Below the pieces are notes generated by a model. It saw nothing but the letters and a program-made list of their open reading frames with translations, was not told the DNA's origin and did no database searches. Below are positions 14,414 to 28,201 of a stretch of DNA of 64,000 nt, in pieces (the first letter of the stretch is position 1; each line of letters begins with the position of its first letter). The stretch is from NCBI RefSeq assembly GCF_009914755.1, contig NC_060931.1; one strand, given 5' to 3'. This DNA comes from the human T2T-CHM13v2.0 reference genome, Homo sapiens. The position numbers and the translations under genes are program-made.

Positions 14414-15277
14414 GTAAGTATAATTAAATATTGTTTTTGTAAGTAAGCATTTGCATAGAGGTGGGGTTCTGAAATTTAGATAGGTTTATCATTGTTTAAT
14501 GACTAAGTTTGCAAAATTTTAAATAAGTATGAAATAACTAAGGGAAGTATTGGAATACTATGAATTTAATATGATTATCTTGACAAATTGTTGAATTCTT
14601 ATAAAATATTAAATAAAACTGAAAATTAGAATAATTTCTGAAAACTAATTCCTTTGGAGTGTTTGATACCAGTGAATTTACAGTTATTCTAGTTTATTAA
14701 GGAAATTTTTGTTTCTTAATAAATAGAACAAAACTGCTTATTTTTGAAGGCCACAATTTTTTACATAAAACTGCATTAATAATATTTATAATTTCTCTTT
14801 TTTTCCTGAGGCTCAGAGAGGCTTAATAGTAATTATTATTTCTGAAAATTGAATTATAATCATTAAAAAAATTTTACAATCCTAACTGTAATTTTATAGT
14901 AATTTTCACATTTCTTCCCTCCAAAAAAGATAGTTTTGCATTTGCCTTTAGAAAAAAAAAATTGAATTCAATAACATACCTGTGATGGTAGATGGCATGG
15001 ATTATGCAGTGTTGCTTTGCTGAACATCATAGTAAAGAAATAGTAACAGGCTGTGAATTTAAAAATGTGCTTCTAACATCATTTAATGTATCCTTCTGAT
15101 TGATTTTTAGATTTTTATTAGTTAATTAACTTGAAACTACCAGAGGAAGATGCTGCTTACGTTAAATATAGGACATACTTGTTATTTTACTGCATTGGAA
15201 TAGTTTCAGGAGAAACAAGATTAAAAAAAAAACACACATAATTAAAAGTATTCTTCAGGAGTTTTTGACCTGCAGGG

Positions 15278-15572
15278 GGCTGGGTGTGGTGGCTCACACC
15301 TATAATCCCAGGGCTTTGGGAGGCTGAGGTGGGAGGATTGCCAGAGGCCAGGAGTTTGGGACCAGCCTGGACAATTTAGTGAGACCCTGTCTGTACAATA
15401 AAATAAAATAATTAGCCTGCTGTGGTGGCACACACCTGTGTTCCTCGCTATTCTGGAGGCTGAGGTGGGAACATCAGCCAGGAGTTTGAGGTTACAGTGA
15501 GCTGTGATCACACCACTGGACTCCAGCCTGGGCAACAGAGCAAGATCTGTTTCTTAAAAAAAAGGAAAAAAA
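15278..15572 (+). mobile_element. AluJ
   Basis: Diverged dimeric Alu with A tail. Confidence 0.85.
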
Positions 15573-15852
15573 CGTGTGGGGACCATGGGTGAAATTTATA
15601 GGGTTTACACCTCCAGAAAGTATAAGCAAATGCATGTGTGTACATTTATTGGGAAAAGAGCCATAGTTTTTGTCATGTTCTCAAAAGGCTTTGTGATTGA
15701 AAAAGGTTATTATAATTAGTACTTAATAAATGTTCATTTTAACAGGTATTCTCAAGTGTCTTCTAAGCCTTATGTATAGGTTACTATATATATATATTTT
15801 AAAAATATTATAAGTTCTAATATGCTTAACTGTAATATGTCTTTGTTTACAG

Positions 15853-15926
15853 ATTCCATGCAAGCATGTTTTTTGCTATGACTGTGCTATTTTACATGAA
15901 AAAAAGGGAGATAAGATGTGTCCAGG
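15853..15926 (+). CDS. CBLL1: CBLL1 exon 5 (RING)
   Basis: tacag|ATTCCA...CCAGG|gtaaga; IPCKHVFCYDCAILHEKKGDKMCP. Confidence 0.96.
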
Positions 15927-16224
15927 GTAAGATAAGATTATCATTACCTTTTTTAAATAATAAAGTTTTAGTGCAATGATTTATAAGTTGGATTAAAGGT
16001 TAGGGAGTGATGTAAATCAGGCAGGAGATGAAACATACAGACATGGCTAATCTTTTTCTGTGAGCCCAGCTTGTGTTAGGTTTCTCTTTAATATAGGGCA
16101 AGGTAGCCACTATCAGTCAACTCAAATTGGTCAAAATGAAATCTGTTTGCCATTATAGAAGTATTATTATAAACAAAAAAGTTACTTTTTTTAATGGGAC
16201 ATTAAAGAAGTATTAAGATATATT

Positions 16225-16450
16225 GAGAGCAAAGACTCCAGAATTAGAATTCCTGGGTTCGAATCCTTGTTCTGCTATTTATTAGCTGTTTTACTGTCAT
16301 AGGCTATTCTTTATTGATAAAATGAGACTGATAATAGTACCTACCTCCTTGAGGTATTTTTAGGATTAAATGAGGTTTTATATATATATAACATATGTAC
16401 ACAGATACATATATATAGTAGCTGGCATATAGTAAGCACTGTATATATAA
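16225..16450 (+). mobile_element. MIR SINE
   Basis: cctgggttcgaatcc...aaaatgagactgataatagtacctacctc...ggattaaatgag core. Confidence 0.65.
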
Positions 16451-18577
16451 GCTCTTGTTACTTTCAAATCTGATTATTGTATTTGGAGTATGTCTTAGAA
16501 CACCATCATTACATAGTCTCAAACAAGTTATAAAAAGCTAGGTCCATTTTGGGATGGTCTTGAAGAAAACAGAATAAGAATTTTTATATCAGTTCAGAAT
16601 CGTTGATAAGGAAGGCTTAAGAAAGAATGAAAGATACTTGCTTGGAGTAGCCATAGGCTTCTTAGATCACTTATAACCTGTGCTTAAAGCTATACCAAGA
16701 TTTGTGGTATTGATTGATAACAAAGCTGTGGACACTTGTCAGCAATGATTCCCTTTTATGGTGTAGGAAAATTTGACGTCACCAGGAGAGAAAGGGGTGA
16801 TTTATTAACAGCTCAGTGACAACTAATTCTCTTGGCATGTTTTTATTAGCATTTTAAAGTAACAGATTATAACATTTGTTCTATGAATTTAAAAAATATT
16901 TTGTTTATAGAATTATAATTCAGAAGAATTAAGACATTAGAAATACATATCACTTGTTTTTTGGGTGTTTTCTCTCAGGCCTAATTTTTCAGCATGGTAT
17001 ACATTCATTTTAAGTTACATAGTAAATTTAATTGCTTCATCGGGATAAAGGATTTCAGATGTGATAAAACATTATTTAGAGGACTTTTAAAGGTTTCCTC
17101 TTTTGTATAAGTATTAAAAGGAAATTAAAAGGTACTTATTGTTTAAAGAAATTACTTCCCAAGGTACTAAATGTAACTAATGTACTGAATATTCTAATGT
17201 ACTAACCTTACTAATGGACTTAAATGTAACAAAGTACTAAATGTCACACCTCACTTATGTGGTCCTTAGTAGCAATTTTAGGACAGAAGCCTATCTGGAT
17301 TAACAGACCCAGATCAGGAAGTGAAGAAATGGCAGTCAGAGTTAAACAGTATATATTACTGTTCTTAAGCACCACCCAAGAGAAAGTGCTTCACATCTTG
17401 TTAAGGTGGAGATAGTTCGGAGTTTACAGTGAACTAGAAGCAAAAAGTGTGCCAGATGGCCACTAAAGGGAAGCATAATAACATCAATAAGGAGTGCCAG
17501 CCTTATAGTAAGGATGGAAAGATAGACACAACTCAAAATCAAGAGTATAGAGCCATTTAGTATAGTGTCAAATGACCTGACACACATATTCAATGATAAT
17601 TGCTTATATATGTACACACACATATATTTATATATAGTGCTTAATTGGGGATTAAATACTGTCACTTTCATTGTTTCATTTGATATTAATATTCTTTTAG
17701 GTAATATGAAATAGATATAAAAACATTGTGAAGTAGGTAGATACTTTAACCTCATTGTATAAATGAAGAAACAAACTCAAAAATGGTTCAATGACTTCAA
17801 ATTACTGAGCCAATACCAGATCCCAAGATCTTCAGATTCCTATTTCAGTCCTCTTTCCCCACTGTGTCAAGAAAGCTGTAATGGCAATTATGGATTAAAT
17901 ATGGTAAATGAAAAATAGTTATAATTTTGACCCTGAGTTTTTAAGAAAATGTTAAGTTAAATTTAGTGCTCACAAATTAGAAAGTTAGCAAAGTGTAAAT
18001 TTGTCTGACAGTTCAGAAAAAACCCTTCTTTAAAGGACTTTTAGTAGTCAAGGCTTGGATTGAAATTGTTTGTTTAATGTTAAGAACCCTAATGATGAGG
18101 CTGATGTTACTTGTTGTAGTCCTTGCAATGTCTTCTACTTACTGTTTTCCACTTAGTATTATTTGCTCAACAAACAGTTATCACTCAATAATACCATACT
18201 AGTTTGAATTCCATGATTGTAAGTAATCTACCCGTTGGTTTTTTTCTTGCTGGGTTTTTTGGCAAATGGATGCAGAAGGTACAATTGTTTGAGAAAACTG
18301 GATAAATTCTAGGCCTTGGGAAGAATGAGGTCTCTTCTTGAAACATACCGTTTGATATTAGGAGTTCTGAAGTTGACAGAAATGCCTATCTTAATGGCTA
18401 ACAGACAACAAAGTAGGGAAGATTAAAGGTTTGCGTAGAATAACTGTAACTTCTAATTGTGGACTTTTGCTATGTTTTATGTAACAGTCAAATTTTAAAA
18501 ACAAGCATATTTTTGAAAATTACATAATTTTTTGTATTCTCTTTTAGTAAATCACATTTCTTTCCCTTCTAATTTAG

Positions 18578-19613
18578 CTGTAGTGATCCTGTGCAGCGAA
18601 TTGAGCAGTGTACACGAGGTTCTCTCTTCATGTGTAGCATTGTTCAAGGGTGCAAGAGAACATATTTGTCTCAGAGAGACTTACAGGCTCATATCAACCA
18701 TCGCCATATGAGAGCTGGAAAACCTGTTACCCGTGCTTCACTTGAAAATGTTCATCCTCCTATTGCCCCACCACCAACTGAAATCCCTGAGCGTTTTATA
18801 ATGCCACCAGACAAGCACCATATGAGCCATATTCCGCCAAAGCAGCACATCATGATGCCACCACCTCCTTTGCAACATGTGCCACATGAGCACTATAATC
18901 AGCCACATGAGGATATTCGTGCTCCTCCAGCAGAATTGTCCATGGCTCCACCTCCACCTCGATCGGTCAGTCAGGAAACCTTTCGTATTTCAACAAGAAA
19001 ACACAGCAATTTAATAACCGTCCCTATTCAGGATGACTCAAATTCAGGTGCTAGAGAACCACCACCTCCTGCCCCAGCACCTGCTCACCATCATCCTGAA
19101 TATCAGGGTCAACCAGTGGTATCGCACCCTCATCATATTATGCCTCCACAGCAACATTATGCACCACCCCCACCTCCTCCACCACCAATAAGCCATCCAA
19201 TGCCACATCCTCCCCAGGCTGCAGGTACTCCTCACTTGGTATATAGCCAAGCTCCACCTCCACCAATGACCTCTGCTCCACCACCAATAACCCCTCCCCC
19301 TGGACATATTATTGCCCAGATGCCACCTTATATGAATCATCCTCCTCCAGGACCTCCCCCACCTCAACATGGTGGTCCACCTGTAACTGCACCCCCTCCT
19401 CACCATTATAATCCTAACTCATTACCCCAGTTCACTGAAGATCAAGGAACTCTGAGCCCTCCATTTACACAACCAGGGGGAATGAGTCCTGGTATATGGC
19501 CTGCACCAAGAGGGCCACCACCACCTCCACGATTGCAGGGTCCGCCTTCTCAAACCCCACTTCCTGGACCACATCATCCAGATCAGACAAGATATAGACC
19601 GTATTACCAATGA
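18578..19613 (+). CDS. CBLL1: CBLL1 exon 6 coding part (C2H2/HYB, proline-rich tail)
   Basis: tttag|C TGT AGT GAT CCT GTG; [43 protein letters not shown]...YYQ TGA. Confidence 0.97.
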
Positions 19614-22105
19614 TAATAGTATTTTGAATGGAAGATATGAGGGGGAAAAAAACTTATGTGTAGTCAATCTTTTAAGCTTTGACTGTTTTGGGAAGGAAGA
19701 GTACCTCTTATCGAGGTAGTATAAAACACATAGGGTCTTGTTTCTTAAAATGGTTTTAAATCTTGACCTTAAGATTGATTTCAAGTACCATACTGTAGTA
19801 CAGATAAGTGGCTCAGTTGAGCACAGCTATATTTTAACATCTCTTTGTTCCCCTAGTTTAGTAAATTGACCCAGAGGTGACCATTTGTAAAAAATTTGAA
19901 AAAATTTTTCATTGTTTTACTTCAAAAGTATTGTTTTGTTAAACCCAACGTTTAGTTTTTCTTGTGATACATTTTGTTAACCTGTGTAAAAGGATTAAAT
20001 TTCAATATGGTTGTAAAAATGCTATTTTTATGTGAATTTAAGTGCAGCCACATACTGTTTTTTAAACCATATGTTTTACCACTAATTTCCCAAAGTTATA
20101 ATAAAATCCTGAAAGTAAAAATCTACTAGAATTTGCTGTAAGGCAGACTGTTAAATGATAGAGAATTATTTCACATTTTAGGCACTGAAATGTTGAGGTT
20201 TCGAGGTATAGTAAGTATACAATGCACTTCACTTGGATGCCTTTTCATTTTTAGGCAGCCTCAGGAGCACCAAAATACATTGGAATTCTAGTACTAAGAT
20301 ATATTTGTTCGTAATGTTAAAAGACATTACTAATTATTTGGAAAGAGATGGCCAAAATAATCAACTCTACAGGCTTCAAGCTGGTGGGGGAATGCTGTTA
20401 CTCATTAATGCTTTTTTACTGAATGGTCGGAATCACATATGCACCACACATACTGATCTTAAGTAACATTATTTTATAGAACTGTTTAAATGGGTTTAAA
20501 TGGTGTTCTTTAGATGAAATGTGTTCTGTTTTGTTCATTGTCTTAAACTGAATAGGGCTGAATAGGCTTTATGTAATTCTTCATTTCATGGTAGAGTTTG
20601 ATGCTGTGTTTAAGTGGGTTCTTGTTTATAGGATTTTCAACTACAGTTTGAATGCCATGGAGGAATTTGAATAATATATTAATGAAGGACATATTCTTGT
20701 AATCACAAATTTGCATTTGCTCAGGTTTCATTGCTGTGTGATAGGATTTTTCCTCTAACTTGAAATTTAAAAACTTTTATTTCCTATTCCTTTTGTCGGT
20801 AAAGCAGTCTGAATTTGGAACATTTTATCATGGAGTCAACAGTGAAGACTACCAGATAATTTTGTATTGGAGAAGAGGAAATAACAGCTAAATTGTGGAT
20901 TTCAGTGCTTTACATGGTGCCTTTCGAGTCAGCTTTTACATTATAGGGGCTTGTTATAGTTTAGCTAAGATGACCACTTAACAGTTTATACAGAACTCAT
21001 ATGTATAAATCAACATTCTTAGGATATTATTTATATCCTTTGAATAAATCCCTGTGAAGTTTTTCCTCCCCACTAAAATGGTGCATAATAAAACATGAAA
21101 TATGTAGTATGCAGATATCATTTATTAGATAGTTTGTAGTGTATACATTTAGAACATACTTCTTTTGACAAAGGGTGATCTGATTGCTAATTTACCATTT
21201 TATTCTGTCAGGTACAGGTGAAACAAATTCTCATCTTGAATGATCAGATGCAAAATCATTTCTGAACCCTAGAGCAGAAGTTAGAAATAACAAAATGGCC
21301 GTTTCAACCTTGACTGGCCAAAAATAACTAATAAACTTTTTTGTTTTAAGTCAGGCAAGTGATTTTCTACATTTAGCAGTTTGAAAGTCCAGTGTTAATG
21401 CAATATTTCTAGTGAGAAATGCTTGTTATTAAAAGCATGGGAGTGATAGTGTGAAATGGTGGTGAGTGCTTCTATCATATTACTGTAGGTACTTGGACTG
21501 GTGCAAACTTGATTCCTTTTCATCCCCCTGTTTAGGAGCTATTAAAATATTACTGTTAAAAATCCAAACCATTCTTTGTTCCATGTAATAAGAAAATAGC
21601 CAAAATCACTTTAGAGCTTCTCAACTATTTATGAAGAGCTATCCTGCTTTTATTGAAAGTCACTAGAGTTGAATGTGGTAAGAAACCACTTAGCCTATGT
21701 ATTGGACGAGAAAATCAGTATCATGATAAAATTTTGAATTAAGAGAACCCTTGTAGAGTTTTTAAAAAATGATTTATTTTCAATTAGGTTTAAGAAATCT
21801 ATGTTATGCAGGGAGGCATATCAGATGAATGTTGTAGCAGACAAAAGTTTTAAATCGTGTTAGACTTGAATTCATCAATTGTTTGAATGAGGGTGGGTGG
21901 GTAGAAGGATAACAAAATTACTGTTAGTGTTTCTTTCCTTACGGAAAAAGATGTGAATCCCAGCCTTATTTCAGGGAAGCCTTTGAAGCTATGATGGACA
22001 TAAGTCTAAATTAAATGTATGTATGTTTCATTATATTGCTCTTAAGACTACTGAGGTGGCAGTTTAATTCTTAAAAACAATAAAATGGAAGCATAAATAC
22101 TATTT
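19614..22105 (+). other. CBLL1: CBLL1 3' UTR (approximate end)
   Basis: AU-rich, repeat-poor; AATAAA at 21043, 21087, 21330, 22079. Confidence 0.65.
22079..22084 (+). terminator. CBLL1: Probable distal polyadenylation signal of CBLL1
   Basis: AATAAA followed by U/GU-rich downstream sequence. Confidence 0.6.
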
Positions 22106-22642
22106 TGCCTAGATGAATTTTTATGTTTTGGCACATCTGGGAGAATGCAGAATTTTCCATGTTTATATTGATACAACTTTCTACAGTAAAAGTAAGTTCA
22201 CTTCTAAAAGATTAAAACCATCAAGTTGAATGTCATATTTCTTCATTGGCATGTTTATTCAGAGTATAATACAGTATTTGGGGAAATATCTGTTGCAAAG
22301 ACTGTAAGAAACTATATTCATTTTGCCTTGTAAAAACTACTTGCTCAAAATTATCATGTAAATACTAATTAGATACCACTGAAATGTAAATGGAAGAGAT
22401 ACTTGAACATATCTTTTAAAGTCAATAAGAGGCTGTATGAAGTATACCGAACTGCCGAAGGCTTTGTTCTGACTAATATATTGGAAGAGTATCTTTTGTA
22501 ATCTTTTTGGGAAAACTCTACAGTTCCGTCTTTCATTTTTTGAAAATGCCCCATATTATGAGTACATGAAAAAAGTGCATGAGTACTCAAAGATATTTCT
22601 TCATTAGATTAGCCGTCAAATTAGTATGTTGATGTTAAGCAT

Positions 22643-22736
22643 ATATAAACATACTATATTCTGACTGAAGTGGACTTACTCTTCATACTAATATAAACAT
22701 ACTATATTCTGATTGAAGTGGACTTACTACTCTTCA
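22643..22736. repeat. ~48-bp tandem duplication
   Basis: atataaacatactatattctgaYtgaagtggacttact(act)cttca x2. Confidence 0.9.
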
Positions 22737-24880
22737 CTGGTTTGTAATTTGCTAAATTATGGCCTAGAAACCAATCAGTTTGCTTAATACAGTATATGTG
22801 TAATCAAAGCAGTATCAGATACACTAGGCTTAACGAGAAGTGGAGATAAGCCAGGTAAAATACTTGGCAGTGATGCTAATAAAACCTAATTTGGATTTTT
22901 AAACACCTTGTTTTGATTCATGTCCCTTCAGTTTTCCATCATTGAGGGAAAAAGTTTTAAGGCAGAATTCTTAACACTTTAGTGCTTAATTTTCCCACAT
23001 CCCCATCTTTAAAAATTTTGTATTTTTTGGCACTGTAGAAGCACAGGATTGAAACGAACAATAATAAGTCATGGGTTTAGTTCTCCAAATTGGGTAGGAC
23101 TTCTTTAAAAAAAATTTATTCACTTAAAAATGTTAAAACTTTTTTTTTTTTGGTAAAAGGATTATTCTGACTGTGTGATAAGACAAAGGAGGCTAAGATG
23201 GAAGCAGAGGGACCAGTTAGTAGGGTGTTTTAATAATTTACACAAGAGATGATGGTGGTAACATTACAGGTATCAAGAAGTGGGAAGTGGGTGACTTGTG
23301 GAAGGATATACATAAAGATACATATATATGAATTATTGATTTATAAAGTTAAATACCTATTATATATGTTAGATGTGGGTGTATGATAATGAACAAAATA
23401 GATGGTCTCTGCCCTTTAGGAGCTTACATTCTGACTTACTTAGGAATTGTTCTTGATAGTCGTCTTTAAATTTTCTTCAAAAATTTTCCTTATATTCAAA
23501 GTATTGTGGCCAGGACATAAATCTTAATGTTTAAAAATACATTACCAAAATACATACAAAACCATGAGAGAAAATGTATTTAATTCTGAACATTACTATT
23601 TCCTAGCAGCTTTTCTGGATATAATTGTACAATGCTAAATTAGTGAGTTTGGAACAAATCTGTGGAATGCACTTATAATTATTCCTGAGTTTAGTCCTAT
23701 CTTGTAATCAGTTTTTATTTAGGTTTTAATTTCTTTTGAGAAGTGATGTTTTCTAATATTTAAAAGCCTGGGTTGTATAGAGTTAGACTGTCCAGACAGA
23801 TTTCTGGCTTTACCACCTGTGACTATCTAATTTAGACTAGTTACTTGCTCTTTGAGTCTTCATTTACTTTGTTTTTTTAAAAAATAGGGGAAATCTTAGT
23901 ACTGACATTATTGGGGACTCTTTTGACAGTTAAATGACTATATTTTAAAAAGAGAGTCAGTAGGATTTCCTGGTGGATTTTTTGGCTTGATCAGCTTAAG
24001 AAAAATGGAGTTGTCATTAACTGAGGTAGAAAAAATGCTGGTAGAGCAGATTAGGGGAAGATCAGCAGATCAGCCTTGACATGTTGAAATCCAGAGGAAG
24101 ATGCTAGAAACATGAATTAAATATCCCTCTTTTATATTCTTGTTCATGCAGTGTAGGGTCAGCCATTTAAAAAATTTCATTTACATTTCTAAGTGGTAAG
24201 TTCCTGTGTTTAGACAAAAATATGTATCAAGTGCTTAAATAACTTACAAAATAATTTTAAAGATACACTGCTCAACATGTATTACTTTCACACTTTATGA
24301 ATTTCTGTAATGTATTTGTCTCTTCACAAGTTGTTCTGTCTCCCAGTTGCCTCCTCTCCCCTCCAATCTTGTTCTGGTTTATATACGTTTATTTTTATCT
24401 TCCAACATGGTCTCTTGACTTCTTCCTAAATTAGGGATCAGATTTTGGTACTAGGAAATTTCCAATATGTGCTCTGAGGCAGGCAAGTAGAGGCTCAGCC
24501 CCATGTATTCCCATTACTAGAAGCATACCCAACCTTAGTGGCCTACAAGAAAGAAAACATTTAAGGATAAGGATAAGTAAACCTCTAAGGTGTTAAGGTT
24601 GAATGTACTGTGATGTGGGCACAAGAATTGGAGTGCTTGTGCTTGTTTCTTGAGTTTTTTGTTTTTGTTTGGTTTGGTTTGGTTTGGTTGGCAAGAAGAG
24701 TGCAGAGGGCACCTTTGCTTGGGAAGATGGAGACCTCAGCGACAATCCTATATATAAGGCATTTGCCTCAACTTCAAGCCAAATGATTGAGTAAATAGGC
24801 TCCTGTTTTCAATTTCGACTTCCTACTCTTTTTAGAGGAGAAGTTCTTAACCCAAGATTTGTGAGGCATTTTATATGTAA

Positions 24881-24882
<2 letters not shown>

Positions 24883-24930
<48 letters not shown>
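24883..24930. repeat. (TG)24 microsatellite
   Basis: Perfect TG run. Confidence 0.95.
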
Positions 24931-24933
<3 letters not shown>

Positions 24934-25019
24934 TTTTTCCCCCAAAGTCCATAGGGTGTATGAGACTCTATAAGGAGTCCATGACTCAGAAAGTTAAACA
25001 CTACTATAAAGAGTGCTGT

Positions 25020-25140
25020 GGCCGGGCACAATGGCTCACACCTGTAATCCCAGCACTTTGGGAGTCCGAGGCAGGAGGATTGCTTGAGGTCAGGAGTTTG
25101 AGACAGCATGGGCAACATAGATCGTGTCTCTACAAAAAAA
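25020..25140 (+). mobile_element. FLAM (Alu left monomer)
   Basis: Left arm only; TSD taaagagtgctg (25007-25018; 25150-25161). Confidence 0.8.
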
Positions 25141-25921
25141 TGGGAAGATTAAAGAGTGCTGATATTCTACTTTTAAGATTGGCTGTGTAAATAACCTTTA
25201 TCTTACCTTTGTGTATGTAGTTTTAAGTCCAATAGACAAACCCTCTCAAAGACACTACCAGAGAGTGGAAAGGTACTTTGACAACAATGTTGAGAGGTAA
25301 GATCTAAAACAGTTGGGGCAGCTTTTCCCATTGACAAAGTTGTTTGATGTTTAATAAAGGGCGTTGAATATTTTTCTGTTGGTGCTGATGTTTAATTTCT
25401 AACTATTACATAAATACAAATTTGCACCAAGAGCCATGCCAGTGGAAAAAGAGAAGCAGGTGTGCTGAATCTCCTCCAGATAAATTGAGCTCTAGAGCTG
25501 TTATTCTGCCCTGTGAGTTACAAATAATAACCAGCAGTGAAAAAAGAAGAGAGTCATACTACTTCCTGCCATCTGTTTTTCTTCTTCCCACTGAGACCCG
25601 GAAGAATTGGCTACCCATCTTTTCTTTTCACCTTCCTTGCTTTCTCATTTTTTAGCTTGTATAGTTTTCATACTAAATCTATATAGGTACAGATATTACA
25701 TTAGAAGGATTGTGTTTAAAATCTGGATAGGAGGTTGGATGCTTTAAAAAACTGGTAATCATAAAATCTGAGCAAAGAAGCCTGATTACAGGGGTTCTGT
25801 TAGAAGATTCTCATGTAGCAGGTTTCCAGCCAGACCACTATATAACAGGACCCACAGCAAGCATGTTTCAGAAAGCTAACAAATTTAACAAAACAAGACA
25901 CATCCACTGTACAACTGATTT

Positions 25922-25927
25922 TTTAAT
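25922..25927 (-). terminator. SLC26A3: Probable SLC26A3 polyadenylation signal (ATTAAA)
   Basis: tttaat on +; GU/U-rich sequence downstream on - strand. Confidence 0.55.
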
Positions 25928-26290
25928 GGAAATATATTAATATGACCTGTATAAATTATGAGATTCAAAACAGTGGCGCCACTATACTGCTAAACCTATG
26001 CATGAAGGTAGTGACTAGGATGGAAATCTGTCAGTGCTACAAAAATATGTATGAACAAAATAATTTTCACCCTTTGATAAAGCTACAAGATATAAAATTT
26101 AGAATACTTATATAATTTCATACTAGATATGTGAAAAATATGCCATGCTAGAACCATCTTGTTCCAAAGTTTGAAACATATTCTGTCAAAAATACTCTTC
26201 GTACAATGTATGAACTTATCAATAACTTTCTGGGTATAAAGTTGTTTTTATGTCATAGTCAGATGAAGATCCTTCTGAATTATATGTTGA

Positions 26291-26314
26291 TTAGAATTTT
26301 GTTTCAACTGGCAC
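26291..26314 (-). CDS. SLC26A3: SLC26A3 exon 21 coding part (VPVETKF*, PDZ-binding motif)
   Basis: ccag|GTG CCA GTT GAA ACA AAA TTC TAA. Confidence 0.93.
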   Translation of the reverse strand: MPVETKF

Positions 26315-27984
26315 CTGGAAGAAGACAGAAAGTTCTTGTTTTAAAATACTCGTCAAGTTCTGTTACAATAATCACATCTTAGGAGCTAGAATTTACCAGA
26401 GTTAACAGGTTTTTTTTTTGTCTTGAATTTTAATGATCAAGTACCTTCCATCACTGCTTGTTTAACATAGATCTATGTGATACCACATTGTAATTCAAAG
26501 GCCTAACTTAACTTAAAGTAATGGTACAGTGTGTTGTAGCAATATCTTTCTTCACATTTATTCCAAAGGACTATGTGTGTTGGCCTGGTATATTCAGCTG
26601 TTACCCCAGTCACCACTGGTGGCCTATCCACAGCTGGTGATTTACCTTCCTTGAGACCAAAGAGCTGGTGTTAAATGTTTCTTTTTTTTAATATGGGGAA
26701 GCCAAGTTCCACCACTGTGCTAGCTAGATTTGTTAGACAATTGGTTCTAGTGTTTGGGTCAGACATGAGGTAAATGCTATTCCTACCCTTTATCCTCCAA
26801 TACTTGGTGACAATTCTGAATACAATTACTGAGGAGAGGGTTTCTGGTGTGAGACTTTTCTTATAAGGTACTCAGGCAAGGTGCCAGTTTTATTGGGTTT
26901 CTCTGGAATCTAGTCCTGGGAGACAGAATCATGGTGCTTATGTACATTCGCCTCTTACCTCAGGTCTATCCAATTTTCTAGAATGGCCTTTTCATCTGAC
27001 CTTTGCTACTTGATACCACTCTTAATAATGTTCCAGATTTATCTTATGCTCTACATTTCTTTTTCATTTTGACTAGAAATTCCTTTTTTGAGACCTTTCA
27101 ACTAAGAGAAATACCACCAGCTGCCTGCCATGCTTGAAGACAATCATTAAATTCTTTCTCTGGTCCCTCAATCCGTTGTCTTTCACTAGAGGATAGAGAT
27201 GGTGTACTAGAACAGAAGACAGGTCTTGTCATCAGAAAGATCTTAGTGCAGTCCTGTTGGGGTCACTTGGTATGTGACCTCAAGCAGATTAGTTAAGCTC
27301 TCTGAGCCTGTTTCCTTTTTTTTTTTTCATTTGGAAAATGAAGATATCTTCTTTGTATATTGTTATAAGGATTGAGATAATGAATGTAATACACCTGCCA
27401 TCTACCTGGCCTACAGCAGAAACCCATTTTAATTTGTGATTCTACTTTTCCCAAACTAGAAACATTGCTTTAAAGGACTGAATGTTCTAGAAATGAACAT
27501 CTACAATGAAATGGGACTCTCCAGTTAAATGCTGAATTGGCAACTCACTCTAGTAAGGAAGGATAGAAACTTGTTTCATTGCTTGACTGGGCACTGTGCT
27601 AGGGACTTCTCAAGCATCTGGCTATTGGGAGGTGTGTATTAGCTTATCATTTTCATTGCTAATTCACCTGTAAATGGAAAGAGCAATACCTTCCCTGCTA
27701 CGTGGATTATTACAGGGCCAGAATAAGAGCATTGTTGTAAGTGGTTTGAAAAACAAAAGAAGATATGCTCAATATTGCATTAATGGAGATCTATTATCAC
27801 TATTTTTTCATCCTGTTTTTGTACGGGTCTGAGTTTCTTTTCCTGAAAACTCCCTGTGAGATTGGTTAGCATTGCTTCAGTTTTCTAGGGATGAGGCACA
27901 GAGGCTCAAGCAAGTGCTGGACTTTCTGCCACATGCAGGAAGTGGCCTCACTACTTTGAAGGTTTTTTTTTGCTGTGATGTCTA

Positions 27985-28107
<123 letters not shown>

Positions 28108-28201
28108 TTAGGGGCTGATTTTTTTTAATGTTGAAAAAGAGAAATTTAAGGAGTGCAGATGGCTGCTTATGCAATTGTGAAAGTCACCAAAGAGCTGATA
28201 C

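Noticed and set aside
19044-19784. Antisense Trp/Arg-rich ORFs
   Set aside because: Mirror of the CCA/CCT proline codons of CBLL1 exon 6
22643-22736. Direct repeats considered as CRISPR-like array
   Set aside because: Only two adjacent copies without spacers, in mammalian DNA; simple duplication
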